A DNA stretch of 64,000 nucleotides from assembly GCF_028641065.1 (NCBI RefSeq), contig NC_073377.1, positions 51,212,001 through 51,276,000 of the forward strand, in the 5' to 3' direction. Each line of letters opens with the position of its first letter. The stretch's first letter is position 1. Below the pieces are notes generated by a model that made no database searches, was not told the DNA's origin, and was given only the letters and a program-made list of their open reading frames with translations. This stretch comes from Leucoraja erinacea (Eukaryota). The position numbers were made by a program, and so were the translations under genes. Below are positions 38,576 through 50,515 of the stretch, piece by piece.

Positions 38576-38842
38576 GTGGAGTGTTCAAGACTGTTTCATA
38601 AACGGTACACGGAAAAAATAGCCTGCATTTCCACTGACCAGCCCACAGCACGTCCTTCCTTTCTGTCGGTTGTTTGCTTGTAAAGCATGTTGATCCGTAC
38701 TTCACTTTCCAAAACAATGTTTTTTTTTTGCATATAGTGGAGTTTGTTCCCTTCTATACCCCAAGAGAGGATAATTTGGGTTCTGAACTTTACAGAACAG
38801 GAAATCATAATAAATCCCAACCTGTGGCACTGTGGAAATAAA
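38576..38842 (+). other. Candidate terminal exon of an unidentified host gene
   Basis: Long polypyrimidine tract with TTTAG acceptor at 38575, early stops in all frames, then unique UTR-like sequence with AATAAA at 38809 and 38837; no recognised protein. Confidence 0.3.
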
Positions 38843-40864
38843 TATGGAAACTAAAACTGGAGCAAAATATGTGGAAATATAGGTTTGGATACATTTCTGC
38901 TTATTCACTATCTGTGGTACCATACTAACTACAGTGCTATTTCTATATATATATATCTTATGTGGATACTTTTACTCTGAAAATGATCAAGCATTGATCA
39001 TTGATTGAACTTGTAAACTGATGGGATTTGCTTTTGGGCAGTTCAGCAACACAATTTTATTTATTAACAAAGGAACAAAAGTCATGCTGCTTTGACTTTT
39101 AGAAATACTATGTTTGAATGACAACTAAAACATAATGAGGGTAAACTGGTTGAATGAAGAAAGGAATTAACTCACTAGTATCGCTCCCAACTGTTGAGTC
39201 AAAACATTATGAGATTATGTTTGACAAGAGGCAGTTTCTCTGTGCAAAACCATTAATTACGGTTAGATTGTCACACAGGTGGATACTCAAATCCAATAGG
39301 CATGAAGTGAAGGTCTTTCTTTCCTACGCATCTGATACTCTAGGCAGAGGGGGCAGCAACATGATATTGTAGAATCTACATACCTTTGTGTCCCGGAATC
39401 AATGTCCTCTGGGCACAAACCACAGGAATTCTGGCTTTGATAGGGTGACATGAATGGGAAGGTTTCATTTTGGATTTCTCTTTCATGAGGGAAATAAATA
39501 TTTACATGTTAGTGGTGAATTGTTTGGTACTTAGGTATCAGCCATGATTGAATGGCAGAGTAGACTTGATGGGCCGAATGGCATAATTCTGCTCCTATTA
39601 CTTATGACTTTATATGGGTGACTCTTCAATGTTAACCCAGCCATTCAGGTATACAAAGGAATCCGAGAAGGAAAAACAAAATTAGTAAGAATCTTACAAA
39701 GATAATTTGTGGTATCTCATGGCCTCCTTCTTCCCTCAAGGAAGTACTGCAGAACCTTCAACATCAAACAAGCTGCAGAGAGAATGCTTTGTGTGCATAT
39801 CTTGTACATCTATGTGTGCATGCCACCACAAGCTTCCTTACAAATAACACCTTTCAACGGTTATCCGAAAGCCAAGGCCCTTTAAACATTTGGCAGACCT
39901 ATAAATAGAAACTAGTTTTGAGACACAATAGGCTGATTGGCATCAGATTTACGCAATTTGATTTTCATGTCTATGTTGGCAGACAACTGCTTTCCAGATA
40001 TCCATCCCTGCTCAGTGAGTGTGTTGTTACCATAAGCACAACTGCGGAACAGCTTTATATTAAACTTCAGATCTCCTAAAGGATAAGAAAGGTTTATAGG
40101 GACATGGGCCAAACATGGGCAAATGGGATTAGCTTAGATGGGACATCCTGGTTGGCATGGATGAGTTGGGCCGAAGGGACTGTTACCTATGACCCTATCC
40201 CTGTACTGCAAGAAAACCCAACCATCCCCACAGTATTACAGGCTCTGAGTTACAAGGCAGTAATTATCCATAAATAAGTATCCTTGTCTATATCTGTTCT
40301 AATCAGTAACAATTAGGAGCACCTTTGAACTATATTTACCAGGAAAACTCAAAGGAGGATTTAAAAACAAGGCCTTCCAAAGTGGATAATCCAACGGAAG
40401 ATGTTCAGCGGAAGATTTTTTTTTCACACTGTAAGGAGATGAATGAGAACAATTGGCATTTCGGACTGATGTACGGTTACTATTTCCTCAAAGTTTGAAA
40501 AATCTACATATTAAATTATTGGAATAAAAGAAAATATTTCAAGATCATATATCCAGTTATACTCTTATGTTTAATTTCACATATGTTCACTTATTAAGAG
40601 AGAGAGATACTGGAAGTGCAGATACTGGTTTACAAAAAGAGATGCAAAATGCTGGAATAATACATTGGGTCCGGCAGCATCTCTGGAGAACATAGATAGT
40701 TGACATTTCTGGTCAGGACTTCTTCAGGCTTCATGTACTGTAGTAAGATGTGGACATAAGGAACTACAGATGCTAGTTTACCAAAAAAGATACAAAGTGT
40801 TGGAATAACTCAGCGGCAGCATCTCTGGAGGACATGGATAGTTGATGTTTCTGTAGTTCTGATC

Positions 40865-41650
40865 ATAAAATCATAGAATGACACAGCCAATAGCAGGCCC
40901 TTCAACTAAACTCCTTCATGCCAACCAAGGTGCCCCATCTAAGCTCGCACAATTTGTTTGCATTTGCCCCATCTAAGATCACCCCATTTGCCTGCATTTG
41001 GCCCATATCCTTCTAATCCTTACCTATCCATGTCTACTCGAATGTCTCTAAATTGTTGTTATATACCTGCCTTAATTACTTCCTTTGACAGCTCGTTCCA
41101 CATATCCACCATACTCTGTGTGAAAGGGTTACTCCGCGAGATTCTATTAATTCTTTCCCCTCTCATCTTGTAGTTCTGCCCAATCTCTCCCTATTGCTCA
41201 ACCCAAGGAAGGTTGAACTTTACAAAATCATAAAGGATGTAGATTGGGTGGAGAAGGGTCTGAAGTATGAAGAAGGGTCTCGACCCAAAACGTTGCCTAC
41301 TTCTCTCCATAGATGCTGCCTCACCCGCTGAATTTCTCCAGCATTTTTTTGTCTACCTTCGATTTTTCCAGCATCTGCAGTTCTTTCTTAAATAGATTGG
41401 GTGGATGGTCACAGTCTTTTTTTATCAGGGTAGGGAATCTAAAACAAGATGACATAGGTGCAAGCTGAGAGGGGAAAGATTTAATAATAACCTGAGAGGC
41501 AAGCTTTTCATTCAGAGGGAGGTGGGTACATGGGATGAGCTACCAGAGGAAGAAGTAGCAGTAGAGTTTAATAACACTTGGACAGGTTCCTGGACAGGAG
41601 CAGTTTTGAGCAAATTGGGTGAAATGTTGGCAACTGGGACTAACTCAAGA
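40865..41650. mobile_element. Two CR1 3' ends (minus 40865-41175; plus 41205-41650)
   Basis: CR1 3' motifs in both orientations; the plus copy is interrupted at 41253-41392. Confidence 0.8.
41253..41392 (+). mobile_element. 140-bp Penelope-type solo module with 13-bp TSD
   Basis: TAGATTGGGTGGA at 41240-52 and 41393-405; contains TGAAGAAGGGTCTCGACCCAAAACGTT. Confidence 0.85.
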
Positions 41651-41675
41651 CAGTATATCAATCAGCATGAATGAA

Positions 41676-42022
41676 TCAATAAATTATTGTCATATGACAA
41701 GTCACAGTGAAATCCCTTGCCTGCATACCCAAGGTATGCATATAGTCCCCACATAAAGACATCCGACAAAGCTACAAAGCATCCTGCACCAGGTCCTGTT
41801 TTATTCTCCCCTCCCACCCCTCCCTCATGGTGGTCCCCCCTCACCAGGTCTTCCTTTGTTCCTCATCCGCAGCAGCGGCGTCCTCACTCCCACGTGGTCC
41901 GTCCTCGTCTGCTCGTTGGCGCCCTCATCAACCGCCGCACTGACCTCTCCACTATTCCGTCGGGTCCCCTCCTGACGCCTCCGTAGTATCAACCCAGGCC
42001 CCAGCCGCGTGCTCCATCGACC
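41676..42022 (-). mobile_element. GC-rich retroposon with Rex1-like tail
   Basis: TTATTGTCATATGACAAGTCACAGTGAAAT tail; flanked by CATGAATGAA/CATGGATGAA. Confidence 0.65.
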
Positions 42023-43339
42023 CATGGATGAAGGCCCTGTTTCCCTTCTGTCAAACTCTTTCACTCTCCTTAAGATGAGTTGCATTTTAATTGCTGTTGC
42101 AATAGCAGCAACTATCAACTCAGGAACATGAGCAGCAGACCCATTGATGTGCAGACACCAACAGGTTTCCATGCAAATCTCACACCATATTGACTTGGCC
42201 ATTCCTGTATTTTTGCTTGCAAAAAAATTTGGAACTATCTATTGAACAGTGCTGTTTACACACACGCTCACACAGAAGAATATATATATTTATATCTCTT
42301 TGCATGTACCAGATCAATTCAATACATGGATTGGCCACTATTTTTTTCAAGGTGAATTAGGAAAAAGTATTAAATCCTGGCCTTGCCAGTGATGCAAACA
42401 TCCTGCAAATGGATTAAGTAAAGTTAATTTTAACTCTAGTTATGAACTCATAGTCTGATAAATGTGACATGATATTGGTTGACAACTTAACACATCATAA
42501 ACATTCCCTACTGAAAGAAAAAGAGCAAAAACAGACACTTAAAGACAGGACCAGTGCAATATATTCCATAGTGTATTTTAGCAAATATATGATTGTAATG
42601 ATACAGATTATTTACGCTTTAATCAGGCTTTCAACATTTGTTTGGAATATTACCTAATATTCCAGGTCTGCAAGACTCAGTCACAATTCTATTGCAAAAT
42701 TCTAAATCTTAAATATTAATGATAAGCATTTATATGAGGATCTCCAACTCTTTAAACACTGAGGATATACTTAATTCACATCCCTTTCTATTTGATTTTA
42801 GGATTTATATAATCACAAGCCAATGCCTTCTTGTCCTTTTTTTGTTTTACGTAAACTGCAATTATGCAAGTCACAAAAGAACTTGCATGAATTGTAACAA
42901 ATGAAATAACATGAAAGTGCAAAACTGGATCCCAATCGTTAGGCAACAGATGAATAATTCTTATTAATTTTATTAACAAAGGCAGGAATACTCTTGAATG
43001 GGTATGTTCAGTTACAGTTTTCAACCTCACAGTAGGATGGAAAATCTGTTCCTTCACAGATTGCAATAGCACAATTGCTTCTTTATCAACTGCAGTGTTA
43101 GTCAGTTTATACATGGGGTTAAATCTTCCAGCTTTAACTCCACTGCCTGATGTATTGAGGAGCAAGACCAACAATTTATTCAACCAGCTAATGCTGAATG
43201 TTATGTGGTCATTCATCATGCAGCATTAAAATGGCAGGATTTATGACAAGAGACTTCCCAGGAGTACAGTTGAAGGAGAATGGATCCAGAATTTGGGACA
43301 GCATGTGGGGATTTAACAGACTGGGGATTTACTGGGGAT

Positions 43340-43712
43340 CTACACCAAAAACGGTGTCTGAGACGGGCTGGAAAGATCATCAAAGACCCCTCACACACCA
43401 ACCATGGGCTGTTTGCCCTCCTCCCATCAGGGAGGCGGCACAGGAGCCTCAGGTCACGTACTAGTAGGATGAGGAACAGCTTCTACAACAATACAATCAC
43501 ACTGCTGAACTCGGAGTCCCACCGATAGATTTCTCTGGTCCCTCCGTCCCCATTGTTTAATTATTCTGTATTTTTTTGATTATTCTGTATCTTCTCTCTT
43601 TCTATTTTTTTTATTTCTTTATGCACAACTACTACGGACTGACGCAAAACTGCATTTCATTGTACTCATACTTGTATTTGTGCGATGACATTAAAGTTGA
43701 ATTGAATTGAAT
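43340..43712 (+). mobile_element. Rex1/Babar LINE 3' end, (TTGAA)n tail
   Basis: CLRRAGKIIKDPSHTNHGLFALLPSGRRHRSLRSRTSRMRNSFY. Confidence 0.9.
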
Positions 43713-44149
43713 ACTAGCGGCACAGGAGGCTGCAGATGCTGGAACCTGGAGCAATAGAAACCGCAGGAGAAACTCGAGGGCTCAAGCAGATTCTATGAAG
43801 GCAGAGGCTTCGAAATCAGTTGGAAACATTGCATTTGGATTGGAAGTGTAGAGGGGAGATGGTCAGTATAAAATGATGAGAGGGAGGGATGGGGCAGGGG
43901 CTCAGATGACTGGTGGAATTAGGTAAGGTAGGGGATGATGAAGGGAAGATGGAGCGAGGTGGGGAGAGGGAAGGGTGGAGCTCGGTGTCAGCAGCTGATG
44001 GTGAAAGGTAGAGACAGATAGGAATAGGACATAAAGTGGGGAACAGGGTTAGCCTAGAGTGTGACAAAGCCAAGGGCAATCAAAATAAATAAGAGTTCAG
44101 GTGAAACACTGTATTTTGACGCTGCCAGCAATAACAGCAATAACATAAC

Positions 44150-44926
44150 ATAGGTTTAGGTTTATTATTCTTACTAAGGTACAGTGAAAAGCTTTGTTTA
44201 GTTTAGTTTAGAGATACAGCACATAAAGAGGCCCTTTGGCTCACCGAATCCATGCCGACCAGCGATCCCCACACACTAATACTGTCCTACACACACACTA
44301 GGAAAAATTTACAATTACTCCAAGCCAATTAACCTACAGACCTGTACAACTTTGGAGTGTGGGAGGCAACCGGAGATCCCAGAGAAAACCCACACAGGTC
44401 AAGGGGAGAACGTACAAACTCCGCATAGACAGCATCCAGTCAGGATTGAACCCAGGTCTCTGGCACTGTAAGGCAGCAACTCTACCCCTTCGCCACCGGG
44501 CAGCCGGATGTTTTGCATTCTATCCAATCAGATCAGATAATACTATACATAAATACAATCAAGTTAAACTTAAATACAATGGGTAGAGCAAAGGGAAAGA
44601 TACAGAGTGCAGAATATTGTTCCCAGCATTATAGCACACCAGTTCCAAAGACCAAGTCCAATACCATTAATGGGATGTAGGTGAATCGGACAGAACCCTG
44701 GCTTATGGAAGGACATTCTGAAGCCCAGAACAGAAGGGAAGAAGCTGTAACTGAGTTTGGTGGTGCACACTTTCAAGCTTCTGTACCTTTTGCCTGACAG
44801 GAGCAGGGAGAAGCAGGAATGACCGGGATGGGGTGAGTCTTTGATTACGTTGGCTGCTTTTACAAGGCAGCGTGAAGTGTAGATGGAGTCTATGGTGGGG
44901 AGTCTAGTCTGTGTGGTGGACGGCAT
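44150..44926 (-). mobile_element. Rex1/Babar LINE 3' end interrupted by a V-SINE
   Basis: ORF 44570-44926 RCLVKAANVIKDSPHPGH..LLSGKRYRSL; tail resumes at 44150-44195. Confidence 0.85.
44196..44503 (-). mobile_element. V-SINE (HE1-like)
   Basis: Reverse complement has GGGTTCAATCCTGACT B-box region, V core and (CTAAA)n tail. Confidence 0.9.
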
Positions 44927-46399
44927 CTCTAATGTGAAGAGTTTTATGACTCTTCACAGCAGCAATATCAAGCAACAAGGAGCATGTAAGAGAGAGTAGC
45001 TGGATGAATGACCAATAGCGTGGCCAAAGACTATTTCAGGAAGTCCAAATTAGATTGATGTAATGCAAGATGGCTTTTAATGGTGTTAGCCATATGTGAT
45101 ATTGTCAATGTGTGCAGTCACTGAACAGTGCTATTAATGTGGATTGCATGCTGTAATAACAAATGTTCAGGCAACACTAAGCTGGCAATTTGCCTCCATT
45201 GAGGAAACAGACTTGGGTTAATTGTGGGTTAATAGTGGATGAGATTGAAACCACATCTTGGTAGTAAAAAAAGACACAGATGTTACAAATGGTTAAGCCT
45301 CATTTGGCTGCCAGGGAAACAGATGGAATTGGTTGGTAGCGAACAGATGGAACTGTGGGGCAAGGACTGAACTAAGGTCCCAGCATCCATCAAGGTATAA
45401 TGTTTATGTTTCTGAAGCTTTCCAGTGTAGCCCCGGGAACAATTCAAAAACAGAAAGTTGAGGCAGATGGGGTGGAGAGTGGGCAGGGGAGCTAAAGATG
45501 AAATGTCATTTTCAAGAGTAACTGAATAGTGCAGCTCGGACATCAATATTAACAATCTCTTACTTACTGTAGATCTCCTTCTTGGTAAAATTATTTAATT
45601 ATCTTCTCCTTGCCTGAGGTTGATGTGCCAGTTACATATAAATATTATCAAGCGCCATTAGCCGTGCCACCACTTTAACGGAGCAATTTGAAATCAAAAA
45701 TGAAAATCATAATATGTACTGTACTAAAAACATATTTTTATTTATCTAATTTCCTCTATAAGGGAAACCAACATGTGAAACATCAAGTAAATGTATGGAA
45801 GCTACAACAGGAGAAAAACAGGAAGAACTAAGCAATCAGACAGCATCTATGGAGGGAAATGGACAGGCATGTTGCGTTTGGACCCATCCAGCCATCCTAA
45901 CCTTTCCTCATCACCCTTCATTCCAATACTGATTTGAAATATGTCTATTGCAGCCTTAAATAAACACAAGCTCTCTATGGCAAGAAGTTCAATAGACTCA
46001 TAATTTCCATATAATTTGTTTCTTCTCCCATTCTGAAATGGCACTTATACTGAAGCGATGCTTTTTAGTTCAGTACTCAACATGAGGGGAAACATCATCT
46101 CAGCATGTACACAGTCCACCCCATGAGAATGCTCAACATATCAATAAGATCATCTTTCAGTCTCAATTTGTTCAATGGTTCCTCTCAGACTGCCTTTTAT
46201 ACCCAGAATCATCCAAGTGCATCAACTGTTTTCAATGAAATAATATATTTTTTTACAAAGGAGAACCAAAATGGTTTACAGTGCTTGAGATACACTTCCA
46301 CATGTGATCTGCATAAGAATTCCTCACTTTTAGACTCGAGCCATCTTAGAACTAAGGGCTAGCATTTCATTAGCTTTTCCCCAGTATCTGCTACACTTG

Positions 46400-47165
46400 T
46401 GTGAACATAGAACAGCACAGGAACAGGTCCTCCAGCCCACAATATTTGTGCAAACCTGATGTTGAGTTAAACTAATCTCTTCTGCCTGCGCACTTTCTAA
46501 ATCCCTCCATTTCTTGCATATCCATGTACCTATCCAAAAGCCTCTTGAATGCCCCTATCAAATCTACCTCCACCACCACCCCTAGCAGATTCAATTCAAT
46601 TTATAATTGAAAATTGCACATTCCTGGTACCCACCGCCCTTTGTGGAAAATAAACTTGGACTGCACATCTCCTTTAAACTTTGTCCTCACCTTCAAGCTG
46701 TCCTTTAGTCTTTGACATTTCCACTCAGGGAAAAGTTTCTAACTGTCTACCCTATCTATGCCTCTCATAATTTGATATAGTTTTATAGCTAATACCTTCT
46801 AATCTAGGCGGCTTTCTGGTAAACCTCTTCAGCATAGAAACATAGAAATTAGGTGCAGGAGTAGGCCATTCGGCCCTTCGAGCCTGCACCGCCATTCAAT
46901 ATGATCATGGCTGATCATCCAACTCAGTATCCCGTACCTGCCTTCTCTCCATTCCCTCTGATCCCCTTAGCCACAAGGGCCACATCTAACTCCCTCTTAA
47001 ATATAGCCAATGAACTGGCCTCGACTACCCTCTGTGGCAGAGAGTTCCAGAGATTCACCACTCTCTGTGTGAAAAAAGTTCTGAAAAAAAAAAAAAAAAA
47101 AAGCATCCTCTCCAAAGTCTCCACATCCTGCAATGGGGTGAACAGAACCGCACACAATGTCTGCT
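46400..47165 (-). mobile_element. Old CR1 3' end containing a young CR1 3' end (46836-47101)
   Basis: Inner copy FFTQRVVNLWNSLPQRVVEAS with (TTTCTATG) tail, flanked by AGCAT at 46831-35 and 47102-06. Confidence 0.88.
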
Positions 47166-48237
47166 AACTTTGTATTTCATGCATCCCTTTGTGTTTCCAC
47201 TAATATAAAAAACAAAGTACAAACACAACCATTGGATTCTCAGTCTAATTGGAGCATATTAGTGTGAGCAGTGCAAGATTGATGTGCTCATGTTTGAGAT
47301 TTGTGGTCACAAAATAAACCTATTCTTTGCCTGTTTTATTTTCCATTTTACCCAATCCTTTATGTTCCATAAAGGCCTAAAATCGGCATCAAAAAGGCTG
47401 TGGAGCTTTGTTTTGTCAACAAAGGTGCTCTGTGTGAGCTTTAGGCTAAATTTGCAGGAACAGATGCTAAGGGTTCAGCTAATCTGAATGAGTCTTCTCA
47501 GTGTTATATTACCATTGCATGACTGTTTGTCATTACTATTTTAAGAGGTTTTCCTTCCATGATCCCATTATGGAAAGAGTGATGGAATGGGGCCAACTGG
47601 ATTGCTCTGTGAAGAATCGTTTCAATGCTGCAGTGATGTTATGATTCAAAGGGATGATACTTGTTGCCTGAATTTGTAGCGAGGATGACAGCCCTTTAAA
47701 CTTTAACACATGTGCTGTTGAACTGACAGACTGACAAATGGTATCACATCTGTCACAATAGCCTATTGCATGTTTCTCTACATGGGGTCCAAAGGCAGAG
47801 CCCTGTCTTGCTGGGATTCCACAGCGTTAAGCTGGTGAACTGCTGCTCAGATTCCATCCAAGTCCTAAGGTCTGAATCACCATTGATTTCAATGGGAACA
47901 CTGGACCTGTGGATTAAAAGACAAAGTAAGTTATTGTTAAACAAAAAAATCATATTAATTGCATGAATTAGTTCAGTGTTTCTTGTATTTTAATTGGCTT
48001 TACTTTAAAACAGTAACATTATTTTTTTTTAAGAATTCATTTTCATTTTGTTTCACTGTATTAGTTTGTCTGCATGTTTGTCTGCATGTCAGAGACATTT
48101 AAAAAAACGTTCAAATCTTTTACAGATTAGCCAGGTGAATAAAATCCCTGCCCCATAATCAGCGGATGGGGCTTGGCAGCACAATGCAAGTATCTTTTCT
48201 ACAAAAGAGTGGCTTACGAAAGACACAACAGATCTTA

Positions 48238-48835
48238 ACATAGAATATAGAGCATTACGGCATTAGAACAGACCCTTTGGCCCACAATATCTGTGCTGAA
48301 CATGATACCTAGTTAAACTAATCTCATCTGCTTACATGTCATCTACTGTATATCCTTCTCAGCACTTTTATATTTGCCTTCACCATCACCCCCGGCCGTG
48401 TGTTCCAGGAACCCCAACCCTCTGTTTGAAACCCTTGTCTTGTACACCTCCTTTAAACCTTGTCCCTCCTACCTTAAAGCTATGCCCTCTAGTCTTTGAC
48501 ATTTCCACCCTGGTGAAAATGTTCCAACTGTCTACCCCATCTACACCCCTCATAATTTGTCCTGGAACAAGGACATTGTCATAACAAGCAAATACAGCAC
48601 AGTCTACACTAATACCTTGGAAGAAGGCACTGTATAGTGTAGCCAAATCTGCTGATGATAGAAACATAGAAACATAGAAAAATATGTGCAGGAGTAGGCC
48701 ATTCGGCCCTTTGAGCCAGCACCGCCATTCAATATGATCATGGCTGATCATCTAACATCAGTACCCTGTTCATGCTTTTTCCACATATCCCTTGATTCCC
48801 TTAGCCCTGTGAGCTAAATCTAATTCTCTCTTGAC
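48238..48835 (-). mobile_element. Two CR1 3' ends
   Basis: KTRGHSFKVGG in ORF 48386-48751; CATAGAAA tail at 48658-48680. Confidence 0.8.
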
Positions 48836-48849
48836 ACATGAAACAAGTT

Positions 48850-50180
48850 GTGAGAACACAATACGTCTGCAAAGCTAATGGATTAAGTGAGAGGGCATCA
48901 TTGATAGATGGAGTATAAAATGGGAAAGTCTGATATCATCAACTTTGGAAAGGATCGTGAAAAAAACAAATTATTATATAAATATACTGAGATTACAGAA
49001 TGTTGCATTACAAATGGAACTGAAGGTCTAGTGTATGAAACACAAGATGTTAGCATGCACTTTGCAGCAAGGAATTAGGAAGGTTGATGGAATATTCATA
49101 TTTATTGCAAGGGGTAAGATATAAAACAGTTGGAATGTTTTGTTGCAGCTTTACAGGGCACAGGGGAGATCACACATGGAGTATCATATAGGTTTGGTCT
49201 GAATATTTAGGGAAGGTTTTAACTGCATAGGAGGCCAGGTTCATTCTAAGGATAAAGGCGGTGATATATGAAGAGAAGATAGACACAGAAAGCTGGAGTA
49301 AGTCAGCGGGACAGGCAGCATCTCTGGAGAGAAGGAATGGGTGATGTTTTGGGAATGGGTGATGTTTTGGGTTGAGACCCTTCTTCAGACATACAGGTAT
49401 GAAGAGAAGGCGGAGAAACTCAGCGGTACTTGTGTACCTTCGATTCTCCAGCATCTGCAGTTCCTTCTTAAACACAGGTATGAAGAGAATTTGATCAGGT
49501 TGGACCATTACTCATTAAGAGTTTAGAGGAATGAGTGGTGATCTTTTTGAAACATAATATCCTGCAGGAATCTTTTCCTTGGAGGGGATATCTAGAACTG
49601 GGGGAGGAGTTTAGAGCAGTGAAAGTTTTGAGTAAGAGAGCATCGAAACAGACCCTTTGATCCTCCGAGTTCATGCCGACCATTGATCATCCGTTCACAT
49701 TGGTCCTGTGTTATCCCATTTTCTCATCCTCTGCCTACACACTGGGGAAAATGTACAGAGGCCAATTAACCTACAAACTCACACACCTTTGTCATGTAGG
49801 AGGGAACCGGAGCATCGGAGGAAACCCATGCTGTCATATGGAGAACATGCAAGCTGCACGTCAGACAGCATCCAACGTCAGGAACAAACCTGGGGCTCTG
49901 GCGCTGTGAGGCAGCAGCTCTATCAGCTATGCTACTGTACTGTCCTTCATTTTCTTAGAGGGTTATGGATCTTTGTAAATTTTTACAACAGAAACTGGAT
50001 TCATTGCAAATATTCAAGATGGAGATTAGCAAACATTTGAACATAAGGGAGTTGAGGGAGGCAGAGAGTGAGTGGAAAGTGGTGTCAGGACCATAGTTGA
50101 ATTAGCTATAATCGTATTTATAGTGGCACGGGCTTGAGAGGCTGACTGGCCTGCTCCTGATCCTACCTCATATGTCATCT
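48850..50180 (+). mobile_element. Very degenerate CR1 with a Penelope-type insertion (49279-49473) and a minus V-SINE (49615-49945)
   Basis: Residual GTTGCAGCTTTACAGGGCA..CACACATGGAGTAT..TGGTCT motifs; inserts match other copies in the window. Confidence 0.75.
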
Positions 50181-50471
50181 TCTTAAGTTAAGTGATGGGA
50201 TGATAATGGAAAATATTACAATTCCCTAAAGAAAAGATTCTGTCACCTGCATCATCTGGCAACTCCCTGCAGTTCATGCCCAGCAGATGCAGAGACACCA
50301 TCATGCCCAACCAACTGCAGAGAGCAGCCCGAACTAGAGGATAAGCAGCAGTCCCATGGCTGCTTGCTGTCTCTACACAGGGCCTGGACACTTTGCTCCA
50401 GCCACATCACCCTTCTGTCCCTGGCAGGGATAAGCTTGAGGAATATGTCTGACAAGTGCATGCAAGTGCAT

Positions 50472-50515
<44 letters not shown>

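Noticed and set aside
42788-43219. 143-aa minus-strand ORF in unique AT-rich DNA
   Set aside because: No recognisable domain and no convincing splice boundaries; compatible with chance
50472-50514. Very long poly-G run (also ~3704, ~6122, ~12234) as a G-quadruplex element
   Set aside because: Homopolymer lengths are unreliable in assemblies; no independent support
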